DNA from: Candidatus Moraniibacteriota bacterium
GTDB taxonomy: Bacteria > Patescibacteriota > Minisyncoccia > Moranbacterales > UBA1568
Assembly: GCA_016699975.1 (NCBI GenBank)
Contig: CP064994.1
Coordinates: 257,222-321,221 of the forward strand
DNA: 64,000 nt
Direction of reading: 5' to 3'
Made by a program: the position numbers and the translations under genes. This document shows, one piece after another, positions 1 to 8,681 of the stretch (position 1 is the stretch's first letter; each line of letters opens with the position of its first letter). A model generated the notes under the pieces. It worked only from the letters and a program-made list of their open reading frames with translations. It ran no database searches and was not told the origin of the DNA.

Positions 1-1
1 G

Positions 2-574
2 ATTGCCTTTCTTGAGGGAAGTATTCTCTCTCTCCGCTCTGACACCGTCGTCCTTCTGACGGGCGGTATCGGATATCGGGTTCATGTTACGTCTTTTACG
101 CTCGGTAAGATTTCCGGGGAAGCGTCGATTCGTCTCCATATTCATACTCACGTTCGCGAGGACGCGATTACTCTCTTTGGCTTTCTGACCGAGGAGGAGC
201 TTTCCATGTTTGAGCTCCTTATTTCTGTTTCTGGAGTTGGGCCAAAAATGGCGCTCGGAATTCTTTCGGTTGCTGAGCCTGCTTCGATTCGAGCGGCCGT
301 TGTGGGCAAAGACATTGCTATTCTTACCCGTATTTCCGGTGTGGGGAAACGGACGGCCGAGCGAATTCTCCTCGATCTCGAGAATAAAGTCGGATCCATT
401 TCCGATTCACTTGTCCAGAGTGCGACCGAGGAGAGCGAAGCGGTGGATGCTCTCTCTTCTCTCGGGTATTCCGCCTCCGAAATTCGCGAAGCGATGAAAC
501 ATATTCCCCCTGGTATGAAGCGCGTGGAGGATCGGGTGGGGGCACTTCTTAAAATGCTGGGAAGAAAAAAATGA
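2..574 (+). CDS. ruvA: Holliday junction DNA helicase RuvA; 5' end lies upstream of the window
   Basis: Frame 2 is open from the window edge. The translation ...GGIGYRVHVTSFTL...VREDAITLFGF...VSGVGPKMALGIL matches the RuvA N-terminal OB domain, helix-hairpin-helix and C-terminal domain. The ORF track lists only the M-initiated tail, 206-574. Confidence 0.85.
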   Translation: MAFLEGSILSLRSDTVVLLTGGIGYRVHVTSFTLGKISGEASIRLHIHTHVREDAITLFGFLTEEELSMFELLISVSGVGPKMALGILSVAEPASIRAAVVGKDIAILTRISGVGKRTAERILLDLENKVGSISDSLVQSATEESEAVDALSSLGYSASEIREAMKHIPPGMKRVEDRVGALLKMLGRKK

Positions 575-1590
575 TTTCTATGAACCAAGAGGAGAGTCGC
601 ATATTTTTAAATAGTGCCTGCCCCGATGGAGGCCTCCTCCAGTCCGAACCCTGGCGATTTTTCCAGGAGAAAGAGGGTCTTCGAACATATCATTTCGAAT
701 CCGAAGCGCTTTGGGCGAATGTTCTTGAACATTCGCTTCCTCTGGTTGGTCGTTACTGGTATATACCTCGCGGGCCGGTTCTCAAGTCAGTTTTATCCCC
801 TCATGCTCAATCGTACTGGCAGGAGGTAGTAAGCGAAGCGAGGACGCTTGGCGTTCCTTGGATTCGTGTCGAGCCGCGTGACGAAGAAGTGCTCCAGGCT
901 CTCAAAAAGTGGTCTGCGCCGTATTCCCTTCTTCCTGCTCGGCATGATATGCAGCCGCGAGAGATCGCGGTTTTGGATATCACTCCTCCTGAAACTGAGC
1001 TTCTTTCTGCCATGAAGCCGAAGACGCGTTACCATATCGGGCTCGCCGAAAAGCGTGGTGTTTTGGTAACCTGTGAGCGAAGCGAAGAGGTTTTTGAGGA
1101 TTTTGTCCGCCTCACAGAAGAAACGGCTCGACGGAATAACATCACTCCACATACGAGGGAACACTACCGTAATTTTCGGAAATTTTTTCCATCGGAAACA
1201 CTGGAGTGTTTTGTAGCGCGCCACAATGGCGCGGTGATCGCGGCGATTCTTGTTTCGTTTTTTGGAAAAACGGCGACGTATCTCCATGGCGCCTCTTCGA
1301 CGCAGGAGAGGAATACCATGGCTTCATTTCTCCTCCAGTGGGAGGCGATACGAGAAGCGAAAAGACGAGGATGCGCTGACTATGATTTTGGCGGAATCGA
1401 TACAAAGGGAATTCGTCCGAGTCTTTCGGGAGTGACTCGATTCAAAAGAGGATTTGGAAAAAATGTCAAGATCATCTCTTTCCCGGGAAGTTTCGATATC
1501 CCGCTTTCCCAAAGCCGTTATATGCTCTATAACTGGATCAGTATGTCAAGAAATTCTGTCAAAAATGCCACAATGTTCTTGACAAAATGA
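571..1590 (+). CDS. FemAB-family peptidoglycan interpeptide-bridge aminoacyltransferase (FemX/MurM-like)
   Basis: 339-aa ORF whose start codon overlaps the ruvA stop (ATGA). The length and residue pattern are typical of FemAB-family members. Position next to murE and other cell-wall genes fits. The family call comes from recognising the pattern, not from a search. Confidence 0.6.
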   Translation: MISMNQEESRIFLNSACPDGGLLQSEPWRFFQEKEGLRTYHFESEALWANVLEHSLPLVGRYWYIPRGPVLKSVLSPHAQSYWQEVVSEARTLGVPWIRVEPRDEEVLQALKKWSAPYSLLPARHDMQPREIAVLDITPPETELLSAMKPKTRYHIGLAEKRGVLVTCERSEEVFEDFVRLTEETARRNNITPHTREHYRNFRKFFPSETLECFVARHNGAVIAAILVSFFGKTATYLHGASSTQERNTMASFLLQWEAIREAKRRGCADYDFGGIDTKGIRPSLSGVTRFKRGFGKNVKIISFPGSFDIPLSQSRYMLYNWISMSRNSVKNATMFLTK

Positions 1591-1674
1591 ATATATTTTG
1601 CAACAATAAGACGTTTTGAGAAAGAGAAGCGTCGAGGAGAGCACATTAATTCGGAGGGGGAATTCGATAATTTC

Positions 1675-2439
1675 TTGCGTATGATTGAGACTGATATTCA
1701 GTCGCTTGGCCTCAATGAAAAAGAGGCAAAAGTGTATCTCGCCTCTCTCGAGTTGGGTCAAGCGACCGTGCAGAAAATTGCAGCAAAAGCTGACATTAAG
1801 CGCCCTACCACGTATTTTATTATCGAAAACTTGATGGAGCGGGGACTTATCTCAAGCTACTATCAGGGAAAAAAACAATTCTTTGTGGCCGAAATGCCAG
1901 AGCGTATTCTCGACCTTATTGCAAAAGAACGAAAAGATCTTGAGCTTCGAGAAGAGCAATTTAAGCGTCTTCTTCCAGAACTGCAGTCCATCAACAATCG
2001 CAACAAAGATAAGCCAGTGGTGAAGTATTATGAAGGAAAAGATGGAATACTTACTATGACTGTAGAGCAAATGAAACTCAGTAAAGGTCAGAAGCTTTAC
2101 AACATTTTTTCTCGAGATGTTATTGAGCAGGAAATAGAGGAAGACATACTAAAAAATATTAGAAAAGGAAGGCTGGAAAATCGGATCACAGCAAAAACTA
2201 TATATGTTCGTGAAAAGGGTGACTTGGCGGGGGTAGAAAATGCCGAGATGATTCGTGTCTCAGGAAAGGATCTGCCTATCACTTGTGATATTGCTTTTTA
2301 CGAAGATAAGGTTCGAATAGCTTCTTTTAAGAATAGAATGATGGGCGTGGTTATTGAAGATAGAGAAATCGCTCAATCATTTAGAGCAATATTTGAATTT
2401 GCATGGAAATGGGCAAACCATAATTACCACAAGAAATGA
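1675..2439 (+). CDS. TrmB-family winged-helix transcriptional regulator
   Basis: The N-terminus LGLNEKEAKVYLASLELGQATVQKIAAKADIKRPTTYFIIENLMERGLI is a TrmB-type HTH, followed by a C-terminal effector-like domain. A strong terminator follows immediately. Confidence 0.6.
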   Translation: MRMIETDIQSLGLNEKEAKVYLASLELGQATVQKIAAKADIKRPTTYFIIENLMERGLISSYYQGKKQFFVAEMPERILDLIAKERKDLELREEQFKRLLPELQSINNRNKDKPVVKYYEGKDGILTMTVEQMKLSKGQKLYNIFSRDVIEQEIEEDILKNIRKGRLENRITAKTIYVREKGDLAGVENAEMIRVSGKDLPITCDIAFYEDKVRIASFKNRMMGVVIEDREIAQSFRAIFEFAWKWANHNYHKK

Positions 2440-2475
2440 ACTAACAGGAGAGCTTTATATATTTTATATATTGAA

Positions 2476-2516
2476 AAGGGCTTCGGATTTTCCGAAGCCC
2501 TTTGAGGTTTTTCTTA
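2476..2516 (+). terminator. Rho-independent terminator after the TrmB-like gene
   Basis: Perfect 12-bp stem AAGGGCTTCGGA/TCCGAAGCCCTT with a 3-nt loop, followed by TGAGGTTTTTCTT. Confidence 0.6.
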
Positions 2517-2898
2517 CGTAATCATTCTTTGTCTCCTTCATGGGAGAGCTCCTTTGACCCCCTTTTCTTGTTATCAAAAGGGATATGGTTTTAAGGAACC
2601 TCTGAGCCTTGAATATATTTACCTGTCCTTAAACAGACATTTCTATTCAAGGAGCTTGGTGACTCCGTCCCGCCAATCGTTCCTCGCTGGCGATTTTCCT
2701 CCATGGCAGATTTTTCCATCGGCCTAATTTAAAGTTATCATACTCATATTTTCTGTCAATATAAGAAGGCTTGAAGAAAGCCTGAAATGAAAACCTGTTT
2801 CCGAAATTCTTTCAAAAGTATTTGTCAAAGGAAGAAGATAGTATCTTATTGTAAGGAAAGGAAATCCCAAATTAAAACAGAGAGTTCGTCAGATAACA

Positions 2899-2927
2899 TT
2901 GACAAATTTATATCCCTATGTTATGCT
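2899..2927 (+). promoter_or_regulatory. Candidate sigma70-type promoter (TTGACA-17 bp-TATGCT) driving the leader region upstream of murE
   Basis: The -35 hexamer TTGACA at 2899-2904 matches consensus. After a 17-bp spacer, TATGCT is a 4/6 match to the -10 consensus. A hairpin, a strong Shine-Dalgarno and a 17-codon ORF follow. Confidence 0.3.
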
Positions 2928-2963
2928 CTCCTGTACGATTTTCGTACAGAGAAAGGAGGAGAC

Positions 2964-3017
2964 ATGGGCCGTCTCGTGTTCTTCTCCCGCTTCTTCTCTT
3001 TCTTGCGGTGTGTGTGA
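2964..3017 (+). CDS. 17-aa leader-like peptide MGRLVFFSRFFSFLRCV (putative uORF)
   Basis: A strong SD (AAAGGAGG) lies 5 nt upstream of the ATG. The peptide is Phe/Ser/Arg-rich. The ORF overlaps the 5' arm of a 10-bp hairpin (CGCTTCTTCT...AGAAGAAGCG, 2984-3033). It was too short to appear in the ORF track. Confidence 0.25.
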   Translation: MGRLVFFSRFFSFLRCV

Positions 3018-3178
3018 GGGAAAAGAAGAAGCGTTTCAGAGAAAGAAGGAGCCATCTTGTCTCATTCTTCTCACCCTCTTTCTGGCCTCACGTGTGTGGG
3101 GTTTTTCTCTTTCCTGCTTCTTTCGGAAACATCGAGAGAAGCGTTGTTTTGATGTGAGAGAATCGATATACTGTTTCT

Positions 3179-4432
3179 ATGATACGAGCGCTTATTGGTC
3201 CTTTCGTGCCACAGACGCTAAAAAATATTTTCCACGCTGCTTCCTCTTTTTTTGCGGCGTGTGTTTTCGGATTTCCGGCACGAAAGATGCGGATTGTGGG
3301 AGTAACAGGAACCGATGGGAAAACGACGACAGTCCAGTGCCTTTCGGCTATCCTTATTGAGGCAGGGCACCGAGTTGCCGTTGCGTCTAGTGTGAACTTT
3401 CGCAGAGGGGAAGAGGAGTGGGTGAATACTTCAAAATTCACCACACTTTCCGCATGGAAACTTGAGCGGTTTTTGCGGGAAGCAGTCTCTTCCGGGTGCG
3501 AGTATGCGGTGCTTGAAGTATCGTCTCACGCGATTGATCAGGGGCGGATTTTGGGAATATCGTTTGATATTGCGGTCATCACAAATGTTACACGTGAGCA
3601 TCTCGACTACCACCATACGCTCGAAGTGTATCGGTCGGTAAAAAAGAAGCTCTTGCAAAGAGCGAAGAAGGCGGTCGTGAATCTTGATATGGATCGACCC
3701 CATGAATTTTTGGCGGCGAATCCGGGGCACTCCATTACGTACAGCCGTCTGGATGGGGCGGCGGATGTTTTTGCTGAAAAAATAGCTTCATCTCTGTCGG
3801 GCTCGACATTCACTGTCGAAGACACCGTATTTCGAATCGCGCTTCCGGGAATGTTCAATGTGGAGAACGCGCTTGCTGCGATTGCGACGGCGACGGCGCT
3901 CGGCATTTCTCGAGACGTGTCATCCTCCGCTCTTCGGAAGATAAGCGGTGTACCAGGAAGAATGGAATTTGTGCCAAACGATCGGGGTCTCACCATCCTT
4001 ATCGATTACGCGGTGACACCGAACGCGCTCGAGAATCTTTATCGACTTGTTTCGGAAATGCGGCTTCCAGCGAGCGCGAAGATTATCGCGGTCTTCGGCG
4101 CCTGTGGCGATCGCGATCGCGGAAAACGTCCGCTCATGGGGGAAATCGTTTCATCAGTTGCGGACATCGTTCTTCTTACAAACGAAGACCCATATACGGA
4201 AGATCCGCAACAAATTGTGGAAGAAGTTCGTGCTGGGATTTCCAATAAAATTCTCGGAAAAACGCTCTTCATACTCTTTGATCGTCGAGATGCAATTCGA
4301 AAAGCGCTCTCGCTCGCTTCTCTGGGAGATATTGTTGTAGTGACTGGGAAAGGATCGGAAGAAACGATGGCTGTTGGAGATGCGCGGATTCCGTGGAATG
4401 ATAAACGCGTGATACTTGAAGAGCTTCAGTGA
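3179..4432 (+). CDS. murE: UDP-N-acetylmuramoyl-tripeptide synthetase (Mur ligase family, MurE-like)
   Basis: P-loop GVTGTDGKTTT, the Mur-ligase middle domain and the C-terminal domain (...DYAVTPNALENL...GACGDRDRGKRPLMG) are present. The N-terminal domain is short. An alternative start is the ATG at 3287 (MRIVGVTGTDGKTT). Confidence 0.8.
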   Translation: MIRALIGPFVPQTLKNIFHAASSFFAACVFGFPARKMRIVGVTGTDGKTTTVQCLSAILIEAGHRVAVASSVNFRRGEEEWVNTSKFTTLSAWKLERFLREAVSSGCEYAVLEVSSHAIDQGRILGISFDIAVITNVTREHLDYHHTLEVYRSVKKKLLQRAKKAVVNLDMDRPHEFLAANPGHSITYSRLDGAADVFAEKIASSLSGSTFTVEDTVFRIALPGMFNVENALAAIATATALGISRDVSSSALRKISGVPGRMEFVPNDRGLTILIDYAVTPNALENLYRLVSEMRLPASAKIIAVFGACGDRDRGKRPLMGEIVSSVADIVLLTNEDPYTEDPQQIVEEVRAGISNKILGKTLFILFDRRDAIRKALSLASLGDIVVVTGKGSEETMAVGDARIPWNDKRVILEELQ

Positions 4433-4488
4433 AACTGTTTTCACTCTCCTTGCTCAATGCTTCAAGCCCTCTCTTTTTTTAGGGAACA

Positions 4489-4514
4489 CACGTTTCTTTG
4501 AGAAACGTTTTTTT
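4489..4514. terminator. Bidirectional rho-independent terminator between murE (+) and the FtsX-like gene (-)
   Basis: Stem ACGTTTC/GAAACGT with loop TTTGA, followed by TTTTTTTG. The region is also A-rich on the other side. Confidence 0.5.
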
Positions 4515-4727
4515 GTTTAGTGCTTTTTGAAATCGTTTGAGAATGTATTTGATTGTGTATTGAGATCTTCTTTCATGTTGGTCACGTTTTTTTGGACCGA
4601 GCTCTCACGCGAATCGATAGATGAGGATTTTTGCATACACACGCTTTTGTATTTTTGTTGCCATCCTTTTCTGAGGGAACGGAAGAGTGTCCCGACCAAT
4701 ACGTCTCCAAAAAAAAGCATGGCTCTC

Positions 4728-5915
4728 CTATTTGTACCGGAGAGCGTCGAGTGGATCGATGCGACTCGCTTGGCGTGCGGGAAAAAGTCCCGTGATGAGT
4801 CCAACGAGCGAACCGAAAGCAACGATGAGAAGTGTAAACCAGATCGGGATCGAAAAGAGATTGACGGCTTCTCCACCGAATCGAGTCGCTACGACATTGA
4901 GAAGAAGATTTCCTATCTTTCCAGCAAGCCATCCCATCGCAACGCCAACAACGCTTCCCAAGAAACCCATCAGCAGAGATTCTACGATAAAGAGAAGTGA
5001 AATAGCGGTGCGGGAGGCGCCCACCGATTTCATGATTCCGATTTCTTCTGTTCGTTCGAGAAGAGAAATCGTCATCGTATTGAACATGCCAATTGCGGAG
5101 ACGACGAGTGCCACGAGTCCGAAAATCATGAGGATCAATTGAAGAATACGAAACACTTTGTTGGCTTCCTCAATCGTATCGGATACGGAAGAGACGGAGA
5201 ATCCAAGCGGGAGAATCGCCTCTCGAATCGAGGCTGTAGCGGAAGCGTTTTCCGCTTTAATTTTTGCTGACTGGAAAGGTCCTTCACGTGCTTCCGGGAC
5301 ATCATCGAGTGAAAAGAAAACGGTATTCGAATCGCTTTCTACAATTCCTGTAATGCGAAACACCGTGGGGCCGATTGCTTTTGTTTTCTTGCCGGGCTCT
5401 TCGGTATCAGTAAGAAACAGTTTGAAATCGAGAGATTGTCCGAGCATCTCTTCGGCAGTGACCCCAAAGGTTTTTGCGATTCCCGACGTGACAATAACAG
5501 TGCGCGATCCGGGGAATTCGATCGAGCCCGAAAGCGGTTTGGGATGCTCAAGCCGAAGAAAATCGGAAGAGGCTCCGAGCGTATCGAGGTCCAGGGTAAT
5601 GTTTCGGAACGTTGCTTGGCCGCGAGGGCGGAGAGCAGGAATCACATCGAGAACGCCGGGGAGCATTCGAATTTGTTCGAGCGCTTCTTGGTTCAGGGTT
5701 GTTGATTTTCCGGGATCTTCGGAAACATCAAGCGTAGCGAGTGCGTCGGACGTAGTAATGCGTTCGAGCAATGTTTCTTGGAGGCCGTATCCCAAAGAAA
5801 CGAGAAAAAATATTGCAGCAATGCCGATTGACATGCCGAGAATCGTGAGAAGAGTCCGAAGCGTGCGTGCTCGGAACATACGGAGCGAGAGAAGAAGAAT
5901 ATCGGAGAATCGCAT
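4728..5915 (-). CDS. ABC transporter permease, FtsX/MacB-like
   Basis: 395 aa with an N-terminal TM helix, a large periplasmic domain and a C-terminal FtsX-type three-TM bundle (...SVGASRTAISLLFIVESLLMGFLGSVVG...). Lies downstream of the cognate ATPase on the same strand. Confidence 0.8.
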   Translation of the reverse strand: MRFSDILLLSLRMFRARTLRTLLTILGMSIGIAAIFFLVSLGYGLQETLLERITTSDALATLDVSEDPGKSTTLNQEALEQIRMLPGVLDVIPALRPRGQATFRNITLDLDTLGASSDFLRLEHPKPLSGSIEFPGSRTVIVTSGIAKTFGVTAEEMLGQSLDFKLFLTDTEEPGKKTKAIGPTVFRITGIVESDSNTVFFSLDDVPEAREGPFQSAKIKAENASATASIREAILPLGFSVSSVSDTIEEANKVFRILQLILMIFGLVALVVSAIGMFNTMTISLLERTEEIGIMKSVGASRTAISLLFIVESLLMGFLGSVVGVAMGWLAGKIGNLLLNVVATRFGGEAVNLFSIPIWFTLLIVAFGSLVGLITGLFPARQASRIDPLDALRYK

Positions 5916-5993
5916 AGAATGAGACGAGAGAAATGTGTTTCGTTATGTGAGCGATTGTCAGTTTTAGCGAGAAAGAGACGAAGGAACTATTTT

Positions 5994-7301
5994 TCAGGCG
6001 TACTTGAGAAGCATGATGATTTCGATTTCTCGAACGACACGTTCGGCGGTGTTTCGGTAGAGCCCGATGCCTCCGAGGGCAAGTGATGAGTCGAGCCGCT
6101 TCAGCATTTCGGTTCGGGTGACCTGATTTTCGATACGAAGCTTGAGAAGCGATTCGAGACGGCTTCGTGAGGTTTCGGACAGCTTGAGATCAAGTTCCCG
6201 TTCAAGATATTGGCATAAAGGAGTGTGGGCTTCTTCAGGATGCTCCGCAATGTTCTTTGCTTCGCGTATGAGCGATTCGATACGGAGTGTAAAACTTTTC
6301 GCCTGCTTCTTATTCCATCCTGCGCCGCCTTTATCGATGTCGATATCGAGTTTCGAAGTGAATTGATTCTCATCGATATTGCTAAAGAGATACTCTTTCA
6401 AGAAACTTTCCGCCATGGCGAGTTGTTCTTCGGTCAGATGTGAAAGTGTGTGCGCGAGCAGCTGTTTTGCTTTAAAGGGGATAAGAAGGACATTGAGTTG
6501 ATCGGAGGAGAGACTTCGAAATGAACCCATCAGAATTCTGAGTTCGGGGGAAATCGTATCGTCAACAGCAACCGGAGTGAAGGATCGAGCGCTGGGTGCT
6601 CGTTTTTCTTTCTGCACCGTTTCTTTTTCGATGCGCCCATCCTTCATGGCGATGATGCGGTCGGCGTATAAGAGATGCTCCGCATTATGGGTCACCATGA
6701 GAATCGTTTTTTTGTCGACCTCATTGAGTTCCTTCAGAATGTCGAGCACATTTTGCGCCGACTCGCTGTCGAGATTTCCAACCGGTTCATCGGCCAAGAT
6801 AATTTCCGGATTATTGATGAGAGCACGGGCAATCGCGACGCGTTGTTTTTGACCGCCTGAGAGTTGACTCGGGAATTTATCCATCTGCTCTGCAATTCCA
6901 AATCGTCGCAAGAGGGCGAGACCGTCTTTTCTCCGTATTTCTGGGCTTTCGCCGCGGAACGTTTTCGGAAGGCAAACATTGTCGATAACCGACAGTGATG
7001 GAATCAAATAGAATGCCTGAAAGATCATGCCGATTTTGCTCTGGTGAAACTCTGCTTCTTCGCGTCGCGTGAAAGAAGCGAGGTTTTTTCCATCAACCCA
7101 TACATTGCCGTAGGTTGGACGTTGAAGTCCTGCAATTGAGTAGAGGAGCGTCGATTTGCCGCATCCCGACGGGCCGTATACAATGATATACTCTTCTCGA
7201 TAGATATCGAGGTTCGTTTCCTCAAGTGCGCGCACTTCATTGGATCGACCTTGATTGTAGATAATACGAAGTTGACGAAGGGCGATGAGAGGATCGGCCA
7301 T
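5994..7301 (-). CDS. ABC transporter ATP-binding protein (FtsE/MacB/LolD-like) with a roughly 200-aa C-terminal extension
   Basis: Walker A GPSGCGKST, signature LSGGQKQRVAIARAL, Walker B ILADEPVGNLD and an H-loop are present. The extra C-terminal region (about aa 230-435) has no recognizable domain. Confidence 0.85.
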   Translation of the reverse strand: MADPLIALRQLRIIYNQGRSNEVRALEETNLDIYREEYIIVYGPSGCGKSTLLYSIAGLQRPTYGNVWVDGKNLASFTRREEAEFHQSKIGMIFQAFYLIPSLSVIDNVCLPKTFRGESPEIRRKDGLALLRRFGIAEQMDKFPSQLSGGQKQRVAIARALINNPEIILADEPVGNLDSESAQNVLDILKELNEVDKKTILMVTHNAEHLLYADRIIAMKDGRIEKETVQKEKRAPSARSFTPVAVDDTISPELRILMGSFRSLSSDQLNVLLIPFKAKQLLAHTLSHLTEEQLAMAESFLKEYLFSNIDENQFTSKLDIDIDKGGAGWNKKQAKSFTLRIESLIREAKNIAEHPEEAHTPLCQYLERELDLKLSETSRSRLESLLKLRIENQVTRTEMLKRLDSSLALGGIGLYRNTAERVVREIEIIMLLKYA

Positions 7302-7340
7302 ACCGAAAAGTGAAAAGTTCGTCTCATTATAGCATTTTCT

Positions 7341-8613
7341 TTGAGCATCATGCGTATGTTTTGGTTTCTCCGCTTCTCTTCTTTTGTGTCAGCCATCTTT
7401 TTTGCAGTCGCTTTTGTTCCATTTTCGGCGAAGGCGGATACCGTTCAAGAGCCACTCATCATAGAAGTGTTGGAACGAATGGATTGCGCGCACTGCGAAC
7501 GCGAGCGTGAATTTTTGAACGATATTCTCAAAACGCGTTCCGATATTACTGTTCGTTTTTACGATATTCGTGAACCCGAAGGGCGAGAACTCTTTGAGAA
7601 GGTGACAGCGCGGGAGCGACTTTCGAAGTCGACTCCCCTGACACTTTCCGGGCGGAACGATTGTTCAGGGATTTGAGGCGGCCGAAACGACGGGGGCGAG
7701 AATTCTTTCGCTTGCCGAATCAAGTCGTGGCAAGAAACAGCTGACTTTTCGGGATATTCTTGCTCGAACGGGAAGCGAGTCCCTCTCGACTGAACGTATT
7801 TCCGGAAACACTTGTGAAGATGGAAGTGCGTGTGCGCTTCCTGCCAAACCCCCGCTCGTCTTTCGGCTTCCTGTGATCGGAACAACTCTTGATGCTTCGA
7901 ATTTTTCGTTGCCTGTTCTTTCGATGGTGCTCGGTTTTATTGACGGGTTTAATCCATGTGCCATGTGGGTTCTGGTCACTTTTCTCCTCCTTTTGGCACA
8001 GACCAAATCGAAGAAGAAACTTGTTCAGGTGGCGGGACTGTTTGTGGTGGCGGAAGCTCTCATGTACTACCTTATTTTGAATGTGTGGTTTACCACGTGG
8101 GATTTTGTGGGGCTGGATCGCATTGTGACGCCACTTGTTGGGCTCGTCGCGATAGGTGGCGGAATATTCTTCTTGTACGAATGGTACACGTCTCTTGGGA
8201 CGGAACTGGCGTGTCGCATTGTCGATGCAGAGCGTCGCTCAAAAATTATCGGGAAAATCAAATCGTTTCTCACAGGAAAATTTACTTTTGTGACCGCGAT
8301 GGGAGTGATAGGGCTCGCGCTCAGCGTCAACATCATCGAATTCGCGTGTTCCATTGGAATCCCACAGGCATTTACCAAGATTCTTGAACTCAATGACTTG
8401 GGATTCATTCAATCCCAGTCGCTCATGGCGCTCTACGTGCTCTTCTATATGGTGGATGACGTGCTTGTTTTTGCACTCGCCTTATGGGGGTTCGAGAAAA
8501 TTCATCTGACGGAAAAATATTCCCGCTGGTCCGCGCTTGTCGGTGGTATTCTCATGTTATTTCTCGGGTTTTTGCTTTTGGTTCGCCCGGATATTTTGAG
8601 TGATCTTCGGTAA
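7341..8613 (+). CDS. Thioredoxin-like (CxxC) domain fused to a CcdA/DsbD-type thiol-disulfide transporter membrane domain; interrupted by a +1 frameshift near 7640-7675
   Basis: Frame 0 (7341-7676) encodes a signal peptide plus a Trx-fold with DCAHCERE, ending ...TPLTLSGRNDCSGI*. Frame 1 is open from 7642 (HFPGGTIVQGFEAAE...) through the M-initiated ORF 7873-8613. That ORF has GFNPCAMWVL in TM1 and a second conserved Cys in IEFACSIGIP, as in CcdA/DsbD. The joined TPLTLFPGGTIVQG restores a canonical Trx-fold beta-strand. Confidence 0.6.
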
Positions 8614-8681
8614 GAGCGCATTCCGAAAATTTTTTTGAGAGTCCGGAGTCGACTGCCCTTTCTATTTTCCAATCGTTTCGT

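Noticed and set aside
4527-5922. Plus-strand track ORFs 4527-5000, 4687-5142 and 5158-5922 (up to 254 aa)
   Set aside because: They lie antisense to the well-supported FtsX-like permease and have low-complexity, Ser/Arg-rich translations typical of shadow ORFs.
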